24,142 nt of DNA, taken from IMG/VR virus record IMGVR_UViG_3300028588_000083, positions 1-24,142 of that record; one strand, given 5' to 3'. The stretch's first letter is position 1; each line of letters opens with the position of its first letter. Shown piece after piece: positions 1-7,746 of the stretch. The DNA is from a virus (lineage: Duplodnaviria > Caudoviricetes). Both the position numbers and the translations under genes were made by a program. The notes below the pieces were generated by a model, which worked only from the letters and a program-made list of their open reading frames with translations, was not told where the DNA came from and did no database searches.

Positions 1-17
1 AACAGGAAAAGCGCCCT

Positions 18-1562
18 GTGATGACGGACGACCAGAAAAAGCTGCGCAATCTCGTCGATCGCCGCCACCCGGAATACGTCGCCAACAAGGATCACTGGAA
101 GTTCCTGGAGTCGACCTACGAGGGCGGTCGCGAGTGGTTCAAGGAAGGCAACATCTTCCGCTACGTCAAAGAAGGCAATGGCGAGTTTGCCGACCGGGTG
201 GAGCGTTGCTACCGCTTCAACCACACCAAGGAAGTGGTCGACCTGCTCAACAAGTACCTGTTCAAGCAGAATATCATCCGCAACACCGACGATGCCCCGG
301 AAAGCGTCAAGCGCTTCTGGACCAACGCCACCAAGAACAACCTGGGTATCCGCGACTTCATGCGCCAGGTGGGGCGTAAAAGCTCGGTGGCCGGTCGCGT
401 GGCGATTGTCGTGGACAACAACGCTTCTACCACCGGCGTAATTTCGAAAGCGGACGAAGCCGCCGCCGGCGTGCGTACCTACGCGTATGCAGTCGGCCCC
501 GCGCAGATTCTGGACTTCAGCTGGGGCGAAGACGGCGAACTGCTGTGGATTTTGCTGATGGAGATCGCCCGCGACGACGTCGATCCACTCACCAGCAGTG
601 GCGAAAACAAGAACCGCTGGCGCCTCTGGACGCGCAACGAATGGTTCCTGTTCGAAGAGCGCAAGGTCGGCCGCAACGGCCGTACCCAGATCGTCCAGAT
701 CGACTCCGGCAATCACGCGCTGGCCGCGGTGCCGGTCGTGCTGTGCGATCACATCATCACCGATGAAGATTATGTGGCGCCGTCGTTCATCGACGACATC
801 GCCTACCTGGATCGCGCCGTCGCCAACTACCTGTCGAACCTGGACGCAATCATCCAGGACCAGACCTTCTCGCAGCTGGCCATGCCGGCGCAGAACGTGC
901 TGCCTGGTTCGGACACCGCCAAGGTATTGCAGGAAATGGGCACCAAGCGCGTGTTCCTGTACGACGGCGAAGGCGGTCATCCTCCGATGTACCTGTCGCC
1001 CGACCCGAAGCAGGCCCAGATGGTCCTGTCGATGGTCAACAAGATCATCAACGAGATTTACCATACCTCCGGCATGGCCGGCGAGCGCACCAAGGAAGAT
1101 AACTCCCTGGGCATCGACAACAGTTCTGGCGTGGCCAAGGCCTACGACTTCGAACGCGTCAATGCCTTGCTGCAGGCGAAAGCCGACAGCCTGGAAGTTA
1201 CCGAGAACCGGATCGCCCGCCTGGTCGCGAAATGGAATGGTGAAAGCATCGAGGCTGACCTGGTTTCGTACCCGGACAACTTCGATACCCGCGGTCTGTA
1301 CGACGAGTTCGACATTGCCGCGCGCCTGATGCTGATCGAGGCACCTGACGAGGTACGCCAAGAACAGATGAAGGCGGTGATTGAAAAGCTGTTCCCGCAA
1401 GTGGCGAAGGCGATCAAAGAGACCATGATGAATTCGCTCAAGGAATGGCCGAAAGACCCCATCGAAATGGCCACTGAAATGGCAAAGGCAACCGCCGTTG
1501 CCACGCCGGCGACCGCAAACGCCAAGCCCGGACAAGGCAGCGTAAGCAAAGACACCAAATGA
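18..1562 (+). CDS. Phage portal protein (SPP1 gp6-like), ~514 aa; start GTG 18 or ATG 21
   Basis: Size and position immediately upstream of scaffold and capsid. N-terminal RRHPEY...W...YEGG and C-terminal SGVAKAYDF...N motifs are typical of portals. The frame is open to the window edge, so the start is uncertain. Confidence 0.85.
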   Translation: MMTDDQKKLRNLVDRRHPEYVANKDHWKFLESTYEGGREWFKEGNIFRYVKEGNGEFADRVERCYRFNHTKEVVDLLNKYLFKQNIIRNTDDAPESVKRFWTNATKNNLGIRDFMRQVGRKSSVAGRVAIVVDNNASTTGVISKADEAAAGVRTYAYAVGPAQILDFSWGEDGELLWILLMEIARDDVDPLTSSGENKNRWRLWTRNEWFLFEERKVGRNGRTQIVQIDSGNHALAAVPVVLCDHIITDEDYVAPSFIDDIAYLDRAVANYLSNLDAIIQDQTFSQLAMPAQNVLPGSDTAKVLQEMGTKRVFLYDGEGGHPPMYLSPDPKQAQMVLSMVNKIINEIYHTSGMAGERTKEDNSLGIDNSSGVAKAYDFERVNALLQAKADSLEVTENRIARLVAKWNGESIEADLVSYPDNFDTRGLYDEFDIAARLMLIEAPDEVRQEQMKAVIEKLFPQVAKAIKETMMNSLKEWPKDPIEMATEMAKATAVATPATANAKPGQGSVSKDTK

Positions 1563-1568
1563 CCCACC

Positions 1569-1620
1569 GCGGCGTCAAGCGAACAGACGCCGCATTTACC
1601 CTTGACCTAGAGACTGGTCA
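1569..1620 (+). other. Two tandem RNA hairpins upstream of the scaffold RBS
   Basis: GCGGCGTC-AAGCGAACA-GACGCCGC (1569-1593) and TGACC-TAGAGACT-GGTCA (1603-1620), directly followed by GAAAGG and ATG 1633. No long U tract. Confidence 0.55.
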
Positions 1621-1632
1621 GAAAGGCAAACG

Positions 1633-2514
1633 ATGCACCCGAAATACTGGAAATTCCCTGGCGGCCGTCGCTTCATGGATCAAGCCAACGGCGACGAAGG
1701 CGGTAGTTCCGCCGGCGGCTCCGCTGCACCGACCGAAGCTGAAAAAGCTGCCGCTGAAAAAGCCGCCGCTGACAAGGTCGCGGCCGACAAAGCCGCAGCC
1801 GAAGCTGGCAAAAAGCAGCCGACCGACGAGGAAGCCAAGCTGCTCAAGGAAGTGATGCAGAAGAAGGAAGCCCTCAAGGCTGCGGAAACCGAGGCGGCAA
1901 ACGCAAAGGCGCGTCTGGCTGAATTCGAAGGCATCGACGCCGCCGAAGTCAAGAAGCTGCTGGCCGAGAAGAAGACCGCCGAGGAAGCCGCGCTGGCCGC
2001 CAAGGGCGACTTCGACACGCTGAAGGCGCGCATGGCCGAAGAGCACACCAAGGTGACGGTGAGCCTGCAAGACCAGATCAAGGCACTGCAGGAACAGCTG
2101 AGCGCCAAGGATCGCACCGTCGAGGAACTGTCGATCGGCGTCCAGTTCGGTGGCTCCAAGTTCATCACCGACGAACTGACCCTGACCCCGACCAAGGCAC
2201 GCACCATTTACGGCGCCCACTTCGACACCATCGAAGGCCAGGTCGTCGCCTTCGACAAGCCGCGCGGCAGCGCCGGTCGCACCGCGCTGGTGGATCAGCT
2301 GGGCAACAACATCGGCTTCGAAGACGCACTGCGCAAGCTGGTCGACGCCGACCCGGACCGCGATTCGCTGCTGCGCTCCAAGGTACGCGCCGGTGCAGGC
2401 AGCGGAAGCTCGCACTCGCGCGAAGTCAAGACCGAGAGCAAGCCGACCGACTCGCTGTCGAAGATCACCGCCGGCATTTCGATCCTGGGCCTGACCCCCG
2501 CCAAGTCGATGTAA
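1633..2514 (+). CDS. Capsid scaffolding protein, 293 aa
   Basis: Lies between portal and MCP. Ala/Glu/Lys-rich coiled coil, low-complexity N-terminus, Gly/Ser-rich GAGSGS segment near the C-terminus. No protease motif seen. Confidence 0.8.
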   Translation: MHPKYWKFPGGRRFMDQANGDEGGSSAGGSAAPTEAEKAAAEKAAADKVAADKAAAEAGKKQPTDEEAKLLKEVMQKKEALKAAETEAANAKARLAEFEGIDAAEVKKLLAEKKTAEEAALAAKGDFDTLKARMAEEHTKVTVSLQDQIKALQEQLSAKDRTVEELSIGVQFGGSKFITDELTLTPTKARTIYGAHFDTIEGQVVAFDKPRGSAGRTALVDQLGNNIGFEDALRKLVDADPDRDSLLRSKVRAGAGSGSSHSREVKTESKPTDSLSKITAGISILGLTPAKSM

Positions 2515-2529
2515 ATCTGGTCGCAAAAG

Positions 2530-2573
2530 TCAGTCACCGGTGACTTGACATGGATGCCAACATCAGGTATCTT
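2530..2573 (+). promoter_or_regulatory. Palindromic box 1 (TCAGTCACCGGTGACTTG, 2530-2547) overlapping a sigma70-like promoter for the major capsid gene
   Basis: Perfect 14-bp palindrome AGTCACCGGTGACT (2532-2545). TTGACA 2545-2550, 17-nt spacer, TATCTT 2568-2573. Confidence 0.75.
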
Positions 2574-2650
2574 CGGCATTTATCGGTGACTAAAGCGACT
2601 TAGGCCGAACTACCAAAATTGTTCTCTTCCTTCTTTTTAAAGGACATGCA

Positions 2651-3583
2651 ATGCCTTTGCTGCGAGTAGAAGCCGAGCGTCTGAGCCAAACCGATATGCG
2701 CTCGGGCGTCATCGACGAAATCATCGACCGCGATGATCTGTTCTCGATCCTGCCTTTCGTGAAAACCGAAGGTAAGGCCTATGTGTACAACCGCGAGAAG
2801 ACCATCGGTTCGGCCGACTGGCTCGATCCGAACGACCCGATCAACGAGTCGAGCGCCACCTTCCAGGAAGTGACTGCCAAGCTGCGCATCCTGGCCGGCG
2901 ACGTGGATATCGACAAGTTCCTGTCGGGCACCATGAGCGACCTGAACAACCAAGTCGCGATCCAGATTCAAAAGAAAGCCAAGACCGTCGGCCGCGAATT
3001 CCACCGCGCCCTGGCCACCGGCAATTCGACCACCAACCCGAAGCAATTCGACGGCCTGCCGGTCTTCCTGCAGCAAGCGCAGGACTACGCCGCAACCGTG
3101 GGTGGTTCGCAGATCGTCAGCGCCGGCACCAACGGTAACGCGCTGACCCTGTCCATGCTGGACGAACTGTGCGACGCCGTGCCGAATGGCGCCGACGTCC
3201 TGGTGATGCGCCGTGGCACCATCCGTGCCTACCGCGCCCTGCTGCGCGCCACCTACGGCACCGACGCCGTGATGCAGATGATGGAGAACTTCGGTCGCCC
3301 GATGCTGACCCACAACGGCATCCCGATCATCATGAACGAGTTCCTGGACGGCGCCGAAACCCAAGGCACTTCGACCAAGACCACCACCGTCTACGCCCTG
3401 CGCATGAACGAGCATGATGGCCTGCACGCGCTGTACGGCGGCGACTCGGCTGGTATCGTGGTCGAGAACATCGGCACCGTGCAGAACAAGGATGCCACCC
3501 GCATCCGTCTGAAGTGGTACACCGGCATGGCCCTGAAATCGACCCGTTCGATCGCCGGCCTGAAAGGCGTCACCAACGTCTGA
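2651..3583 (+). CDS. Major capsid protein (HK97 fold), 310 aa
   Basis: Follows the scaffold, has an AAGGA RBS and strongly biased codons. Motifs LFSILPF...AYVYNRE, ILAGDVDIDKF, FDGL and RLKWY are typical of this MCP class. Followed by a terminator. Confidence 0.92.
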   Translation: MPLLRVEAERLSQTDMRSGVIDEIIDRDDLFSILPFVKTEGKAYVYNREKTIGSADWLDPNDPINESSATFQEVTAKLRILAGDVDIDKFLSGTMSDLNNQVAIQIQKKAKTVGREFHRALATGNSTTNPKQFDGLPVFLQQAQDYAATVGGSQIVSAGTNGNALTLSMLDELCDAVPNGADVLVMRRGTIRAYRALLRATYGTDAVMQMMENFGRPMLTHNGIPIIMNEFLDGAETQGTSTKTTTVYALRMNEHDGLHALYGGDSAGIVVENIGTVQNKDATRIRLKWYTGMALKSTRSIAGLKGVTNV

Positions 3584-3588
3584 TCCGG

Positions 3589-3618
3589 TTGCTGAGTAAG
3601 TCAGCACTGAATTAGAAT
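3589..3618 (+). promoter_or_regulatory. Palindromic box 2 (TAAGTCAGCACTGAATTA, 3597-3614) within a putative promoter
   Basis: TTGCTG 3589-3594, 18-nt spacer, TAGAAT 3613-3618. The box has one mismatch to consensus. Confidence 0.6.
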
Positions 3619-3620
3619 AG

Positions 3621-3647
3621 AAAGGCGGGCTTCGTGCCCGCCTTTTT
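3621..3647 (+). terminator. Intrinsic (rho-independent) terminator after the capsid gene
   Basis: AAAGGCGGGC-TTCGT-GCCCGCCTTTTT: GC-rich stem followed by a U5 tract. Confidence 0.85.
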
Positions 3648-3667
3648 CACATCTACAAGGACACCAG

Positions 3668-4105
3668 ATGAAAATTCGCCTCACCCAGCCCGGCTTCGAA
3701 ACCTATACGGCCCAGATGGGCACCCTGTTCTTCGAAAACGGCCTGACCACCGCCGACGTTCGTCCCAACGATGCCGTCCGCCTGGCCGCGCAGTTCCTGT
3801 GCGAATGGGAAAACGGCACTTCGGTATCGGTCGCGCAATCGCTGCTGGACCACTCGCACAGCAACATCAGCACCATGCCGGCGCCGATCAATGCCGACCA
3901 GGCGCTGGCTGGCGAAATCAATGCCGACCAGGCGCAACCGAGCACCGCCCCCACCGCCGTGACCAAGCAATACGACCGCGCCGACCTGGAGGCAATTGCC
4001 GACAAGGATGGCATCAAGGGTCTGCGCGCCATCGGTGACAGCCTGGGCGTGAAGAACAACTCCGTCACCGGCCTGATCGACGAAATCCTCGCCAAGCAGG
4101 TGTAA
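3668..4105 (+). CDS. Small head-associated protein with C-terminal HeH/LEM-like helical domain, 145 aa
   Basis: AAGGA RBS. C-terminal DLEAIADKDGIKGLRAIGDSLGVKNNSVTGLIDEIL resembles the HeH/Rho-N-like domains often encoded right after MCP. Pro/Ala-rich linker. Confidence 0.6.
   Translation: MKIRLTQPGFETYTAQMGTLFFENGLTTADVRPNDAVRLAAQFLCEWENGTSVSVAQSLLDHSHSNISTMPAPINADQALAGEINADQAQPSTAPTAVTKQYDRADLEAIADKDGIKGLRAIGDSLGVKNNSVTGLIDEILAKQV
3887..3935 (+). repeat. 19-bp exact direct repeat, 30-bp period (INADQA x2)
   Basis: ATCAATGCCGACCAGGCGC at 3887-3905 and 3917-3935. Confidence 0.9.
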
Positions 4106-4108
4106 TCC

Positions 4109-4936
4109 ATGGACGTCTTTTCCGCCAACACTGATGTGACGCTGGAGGTGCCGCTGACCGATAAAAGCGGCAACCAATTGTCGGTATCGGCCATCACTTA
4201 TCGCGTTACCGACATCAACGGCGTGGACGTCATTGCCGCGACCGCGCTTGCTGATTTCGAAGCCGACTCCGAATCCGCCGTCATTGTCATCCCGGCGGAA
4301 AAGAACGCACTGCCAGCCGGCCAGCCGCTGAGTGTGCGCCAGGCTGTGCTGGAGTGCCAGATCGAAGCGAACAAGGTACGACTGACGGCGTTCTATGCGC
4401 TGCAGGCCGACGAAACCTTGATCACCGGCGTCAATTCGTTCATGACCTACGTGCAGGCCCAGTTCGTGGCGCTGACGATGCCCGGAATCGACGGCTGGAA
4501 TGCCGCGGGCGACCAGGAGCGCACTACCGCCCTGATGGAAGCCTGGCGCCGCATTTTGCGCCTGCGCTTTACCGATATCGATAAGTACCGCGACCAGTCG
4601 AGCCTGTTCTACGGCTTTGAAGGCACGCGCGACACCAGCTGGATCGGCGGCAACGGCATCGCCGGCGACCTGTCGCTGCTGACACCGGAGCAATACCAGA
4701 GTCTGCCGGTCGAATTCATGGCGGCGCTGCGCAACGCCCAGCTGTCCGAAGCCAACGAAATCATGGGCGGTTCCTCGATCGACCAGAAGCGTCGGGAAGG
4801 ACTGATTCAGGACAACATCGGTGAGTCGCGTCAGATGTTCCGACTCGGTAAGCCGCTCGACCTGCCGGTTTCGCGCGCCACGCTGCGCTACCTGTCCGGC
4901 TATGTCACTTACTCCCTGCGCACGGCCCGCACATGA
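4109..4936 (+). CDS. Head-tail adaptor (connector) protein with N-terminal beta-rich extension, 275 aa
   Basis: C-terminal half has the NSF.T...A...W...ALMEA...LP...AQ..EA...IGES pattern of helical adaptor proteins. Synteny fits. Confidence 0.65.
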   Translation: MDVFSANTDVTLEVPLTDKSGNQLSVSAITYRVTDINGVDVIAATALADFEADSESAVIVIPAEKNALPAGQPLSVRQAVLECQIEANKVRLTAFYALQADETLITGVNSFMTYVQAQFVALTMPGIDGWNAAGDQERTTALMEAWRRILRLRFTDIDKYRDQSSLFYGFEGTRDTSWIGGNGIAGDLSLLTPEQYQSLPVEFMAALRNAQLSEANEIMGGSSIDQKRREGLIQDNIGESRQMFRLGKPLDLPVSRATLRYLSGYVTYSLRTART

Positions 4937-5580
4937 CCACTTACGACGAATACGGCGCCCAGGTGCGCGCCGCCTATGAGGTCTACACCCTGGCCCTCAC
5001 CGGCGTCTACCTGGGGCTGCAAAGCGCCGGTCGTGGCGCTGATGCCGTGACCGAATTGCGCCGGCAAGGTCTGGGGCTGATCGACACGCTGCTCAACAGT
5101 GCCAGCAACATGGGTGCGCGCTACCTCAACACCTTGCCCGATGGACCCGGTGTAGACGTGCGTGAGACCTATTTCAAAGCTGAACTGCACCGCATCGCAA
5201 TCAAGAACCTGAACGACCTGATCGTGCGTCTGATGGGCGTTGGCCCACGCGCCGCCGATGTGCTGACCCGGCCCGCCGGCGCCGTCGGTCTGCTGCTGCA
5301 GCAACGGCTCAGCCGTCCGCGCTTTACCGTGCGTGATAGCGCCGGTCGCGCCTGGGAGGCACCCAAGCTGGTGCAGGTCGAGGCCCGCAACTTCGCCTAT
5401 CAATCGTATGTCGATGTCATGCTGGCCCGCAGCCAGAGCATCGGCGTCGACAAGATCGACATCGTGTATGCCGACCCGGCCCGCAACCGCACCCTGGCGC
5501 TGGATGAGGCGATCGCCCAGCGCAAGGTGATTTTCCACGTCAACGCCACCGCCCAGATCGACAGTCATGTTTCGACCTAA
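4933..5580 (+). CDS. Putative minor head/morphogenesis protein, 215 aa
   Basis: FTVRDSAGRAW and terminal IFHVN motifs resemble minor capsid (SPP1 gp7/Mu gpF-related) proteins. ATGA overlap with the upstream gene. Confidence 0.5.
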   Translation: MTTYDEYGAQVRAAYEVYTLALTGVYLGLQSAGRGADAVTELRRQGLGLIDTLLNSASNMGARYLNTLPDGPGVDVRETYFKAELHRIAIKNLNDLIVRLMGVGPRAADVLTRPAGAVGLLLQQRLSRPRFTVRDSAGRAWEAPKLVQVEARNFAYQSYVDVMLARSQSIGVDKIDIVYADPARNRTLALDEAIAQRKVIFHVNATAQIDSHVST

Positions 5581-5917
5581 TCTTCGCTGCAAAATCCAGC
5601 TTGCCTCGGGCAAGAACGATGTACGTGGCCAGCCCATCCCGGGCCGGCTCGTCGACGACCGCTGCGCCATCGTCAAGTTGGTCATCGAGAATGAAAAGTC
5701 CAGCGTGCGCGCCGACTCGTCCGCCTCGCGCGGCAATGCTCAGGAAATGGAAGCGCGTTCGGTGATTTTGCTGCCGGCGACCACTCAGGCGCGCATCGAC
5801 GACATCATCATCGTGTTCGGCTACAAGCTGCGCATCATGGGCGCGCAGCCGCGCTTTGACGTCAATGGCCGTCTGGACCATCACGAAATTTACGCAACCA
5901 TGTGGGGTAAAGCATGA
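5567..5917 (+). CDS. Head closure (stopper, SPP1 gp16-like) protein, 116 aa
   Basis: Size, D..GQP motif, beta-rich pattern ending in HHEIYA, and synteny. Confidence 0.6.
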   Translation: MFRPNLRCKIQLASGKNDVRGQPIPGRLVDDRCAIVKLVIENEKSSVRADSSASRGNAQEMEARSVILLPATTQARIDDIIIVFGYKLRIMGAQPRFDVNGRLDHHEIYATMWGKA

Positions 5918-6303
5918 ACCTGATGCCGCTGGCAAACCTGATTCAAGACAATGGCCTTGGCCGTCAGGGCGAGACCCTGTTTGTGCACATGCTGCCGGCC
6001 GAAGCAGAACGCGGCATCTTGCTGCGCACGCCGCTGTCCGGCACGCCCATCGACTACGAGCTTCCCGGCTACTACAAGGCGCAGTTCCAGCTGATCGTGC
6101 GCATTCCGGCTGCCGACTACGAAGCCGGTGAGCAACTGGTCAACGACGTAATCGCCTCGCTGACCATGAGCGAGACCCAGGTCGAGGAAGTATTTTTCAA
6201 CTACAGCCGGCCGCGCACCAAGCCGACCCCGTTCCCTTTGTCCAAAGGCAATCTGATCGAATTCAACGTGATGTTCGATTGCTGCTTCGTGGAGCATAAG
6301 TAA
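5914..6303 (+). CDS. Tail terminator-like protein, 129 aa
   Basis: LFVHMLP...GILL...FQLIVR...EFNVMF pattern typical of the tail terminator fold. ATGA overlap. Confidence 0.6.
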   Translation: MNLMPLANLIQDNGLGRQGETLFVHMLPAEAERGILLRTPLSGTPIDYELPGYYKAQFQLIVRIPAADYEAGEQLVNDVIASLTMSETQVEEVFFNYSRPRTKPTPFPLSKGNLIEFNVMFDCCFVEHK

Positions 6304-6779
6304 TGCCCGTCAAGGTGGAGGGCATCATTTCAGCAGAGAACATGCTTCTGCGCCTGGACAGCACCGCCAAGAAACGCGTGGTGAGCGTACTGATCAAGCG
6401 CGCGCTGGAGATTCGCAACATGGCGCGCAAGATGGCCCCGATCGACGACGGTGATCTGGAAAAGGCAATCAAGACCCGCGGCACGGATGGCGGACGCGAA
6501 CGTAGCGATACCGGTCAATTTCTGAAAACCCGCATTGAAGTCTATATCGACGGCGATGTACCGGTAGAGGATCGCCCCGGCAAAACCGTGGGCGACTATG
6601 CCTACACGATTCACGAGCACGTGGCACCGGCGGGCTTCATGAAGCTTGGCCCCAAGTCCGAACTCAAGCAGGCAACGCAAAGCGTGGTCGTTGGCGGCGC
6701 CTTCATGGACCGCGCGGTCGAGGAAGTAATGGGCGCCGTCGATACCGAACTGGTGGACATTCTGCGTGACTTCATGTAG
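6303..6779 (+). CDS. HK97 gp10-like neck/tail completion protein, 158 aa
   Basis: APIDDGDLEKAI, YAYTIHE and FMDRA motifs match the gp10-family pattern (AP.D.G.L...YA...E...F...A). Confidence 0.75.
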   Translation: MPVKVEGIISAENMLLRLDSTAKKRVVSVLIKRALEIRNMARKMAPIDDGDLEKAIKTRGTDGGRERSDTGQFLKTRIEVYIDGDVPVEDRPGKTVGDYAYTIHEHVAPAGFMKLGPKSELKQATQSVVVGGAFMDRAVEEVMGAVDTELVDILRDFM

Positions 6780-6796
6780 GAAACCGCCTTGATTTA

Positions 6797-6826
6797 TGAT
6801 ATATTCCGTCAGTCAGTACTGACTTA
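6797..6826 (+). promoter_or_regulatory. Palindromic box 3 (TCAGTCAGTACTGACTTA, 6809-6826) over the predicted start site of the tail tube promoter
   Basis: Perfect palindrome AGTCAGTACTGACT 6811-6824. Extended -10 TG-A-TATATT at 6797-6805 (alternative TATGAT 6795-6800). RBS AAGGAG 6837-6842. Confidence 0.7.
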
Positions 6827-6848
6827 TACCTTTGCAAAGGAGTTGTAA

Positions 6849-7367
6849 ATGGCAAGTGATACCAAAAACGTCAAACTCGGCGTATGCCAGGTGCTGTTCG
6901 ACGGCATCGATCTGGGCTACACCAAGGGCGGCGTTGAAGTCGAGGTGAAAACCGAGACCCACGAAGTTCAAGTCGACCAGTTCGGCAAGACCCCCATCAA
7001 CGAATACATCATGGGCCGCACCGTCACCGTCAAGGTGCCGCTGGCGGAAACCACGCTGGAAAACATGGTCGCGATCATGCCTGGCGCGACCCTGAAGACC
7101 TCCGGCACCGACAAGTACGTCGAAGTGACTTCGGCGGTCGGTATCGACCTGCTGTCGAGCGCCAAGGAACTGCGTCTGCACCCGGTCGCACTGCCGGCAT
7201 CGAACACCAGCGAAGACTTCGTCGCGCCTCTGGCCAACACCCCGGGCAACATGAACTACGCCTACAAGCTGGAAGACTAGCGCATCTTCAACTGCGACTT
7301 CAAGGCCTACCCGGACCCGCAGACCAACAAGCTGTTCTACATCGGCGTGCCGGACGGCGTCATCTAA
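6849..7367 (+). pseudogene. Major tail tube protein interrupted by in-frame TAG at 7278-7280 (143 aa truncated; 172 aa if read through)
   Basis: N-terminal NVKLG...DLGYTKGGVEV...VDQFG...VKVPLAE is tail-tube-like. After the TAG the same frame continues with biased codons RIFNCDFKAYPDPQTNKLFYIGVPDGVI to TAA 7365-7367. Confidence 0.8.
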
Positions 7368-7386
7368 GACCGGCCGCAACAACCTA

Positions 7387-7408
7387 AGCCCCGCCGCCTG
7401 GCGGGGCT
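7387..7408 (+). terminator. GC-rich hairpin after the tail tube gene (weak terminator or mRNA stabiliser)
   Basis: AGCCCCGCC-GCCT-GGCGGGGCT, a 9-bp perfect stem with no U tract. Confidence 0.5.
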
Positions 7409-7428
7409 GTCAATCGCAAGGAACAACC

Positions 7429-7746
7429 ATGAAATACCTGAACCTGGACAAATTCACCCCGGCTACGGGTCGCTTCCTCAAGGTGGGCGGCATCGATCAT
7501 GCGATCAATTCGATCGGCGTGGGCGAATTCATCGACACCAACCTGGCGCTGCAAAAGATCGACATGGAAGACATGCTGACCCAGCTGAATTTCACCATCG
7601 ACCTGATCATCAAGCTGGTGCCGACGCTCAAGCGTGAACAGCTGACGCCATACACCCTGGACCAAGTCAACGAAATCGCTGACTTCGTGCGCGGCGCCGA
7701 TGTCGAACACGCAGAAGTCGTCGAGGACGAAGAAGCGGGAAAGTAA
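7429..7746 (+). CDS. Tail assembly chaperone (lambda gpG analogue), 105 aa
   Basis: Lies between tail tube and tape measure. Acidic C-terminus ending ...EAGK, encoded by the slippery sequence G GGA AAG. Confidence 0.85.
   Translation: MKYLNLDKFTPATGRFLKVGGIDHAINSIGVGEFIDTNLALQKIDMEDMLTQLNFTIDLIIKLVPTLKREQLTPYTLDQVNEIADFVRGADVEHAEVVEDEEAGK
7737..7743 (+). other. Programmed -1 ribosomal frameshift site GGGAAAG
   Basis: Same heptamer as the lambda G/T site, in X XXY YYZ register immediately before TAA. The -1 frame is open (GTA AGT AAC CGG CAG GTG...) into ORF 7758..8090. Confidence 0.9.

Noticed and set aside
6777-7280. Genome-wide TAG reassignment (alternative genetic code)
   Set aside because: Only one internal TAG was seen in ~24 kb of genes, and TAG at 6777-6779 behaves as a real stop followed by AT-rich promoter sequence.
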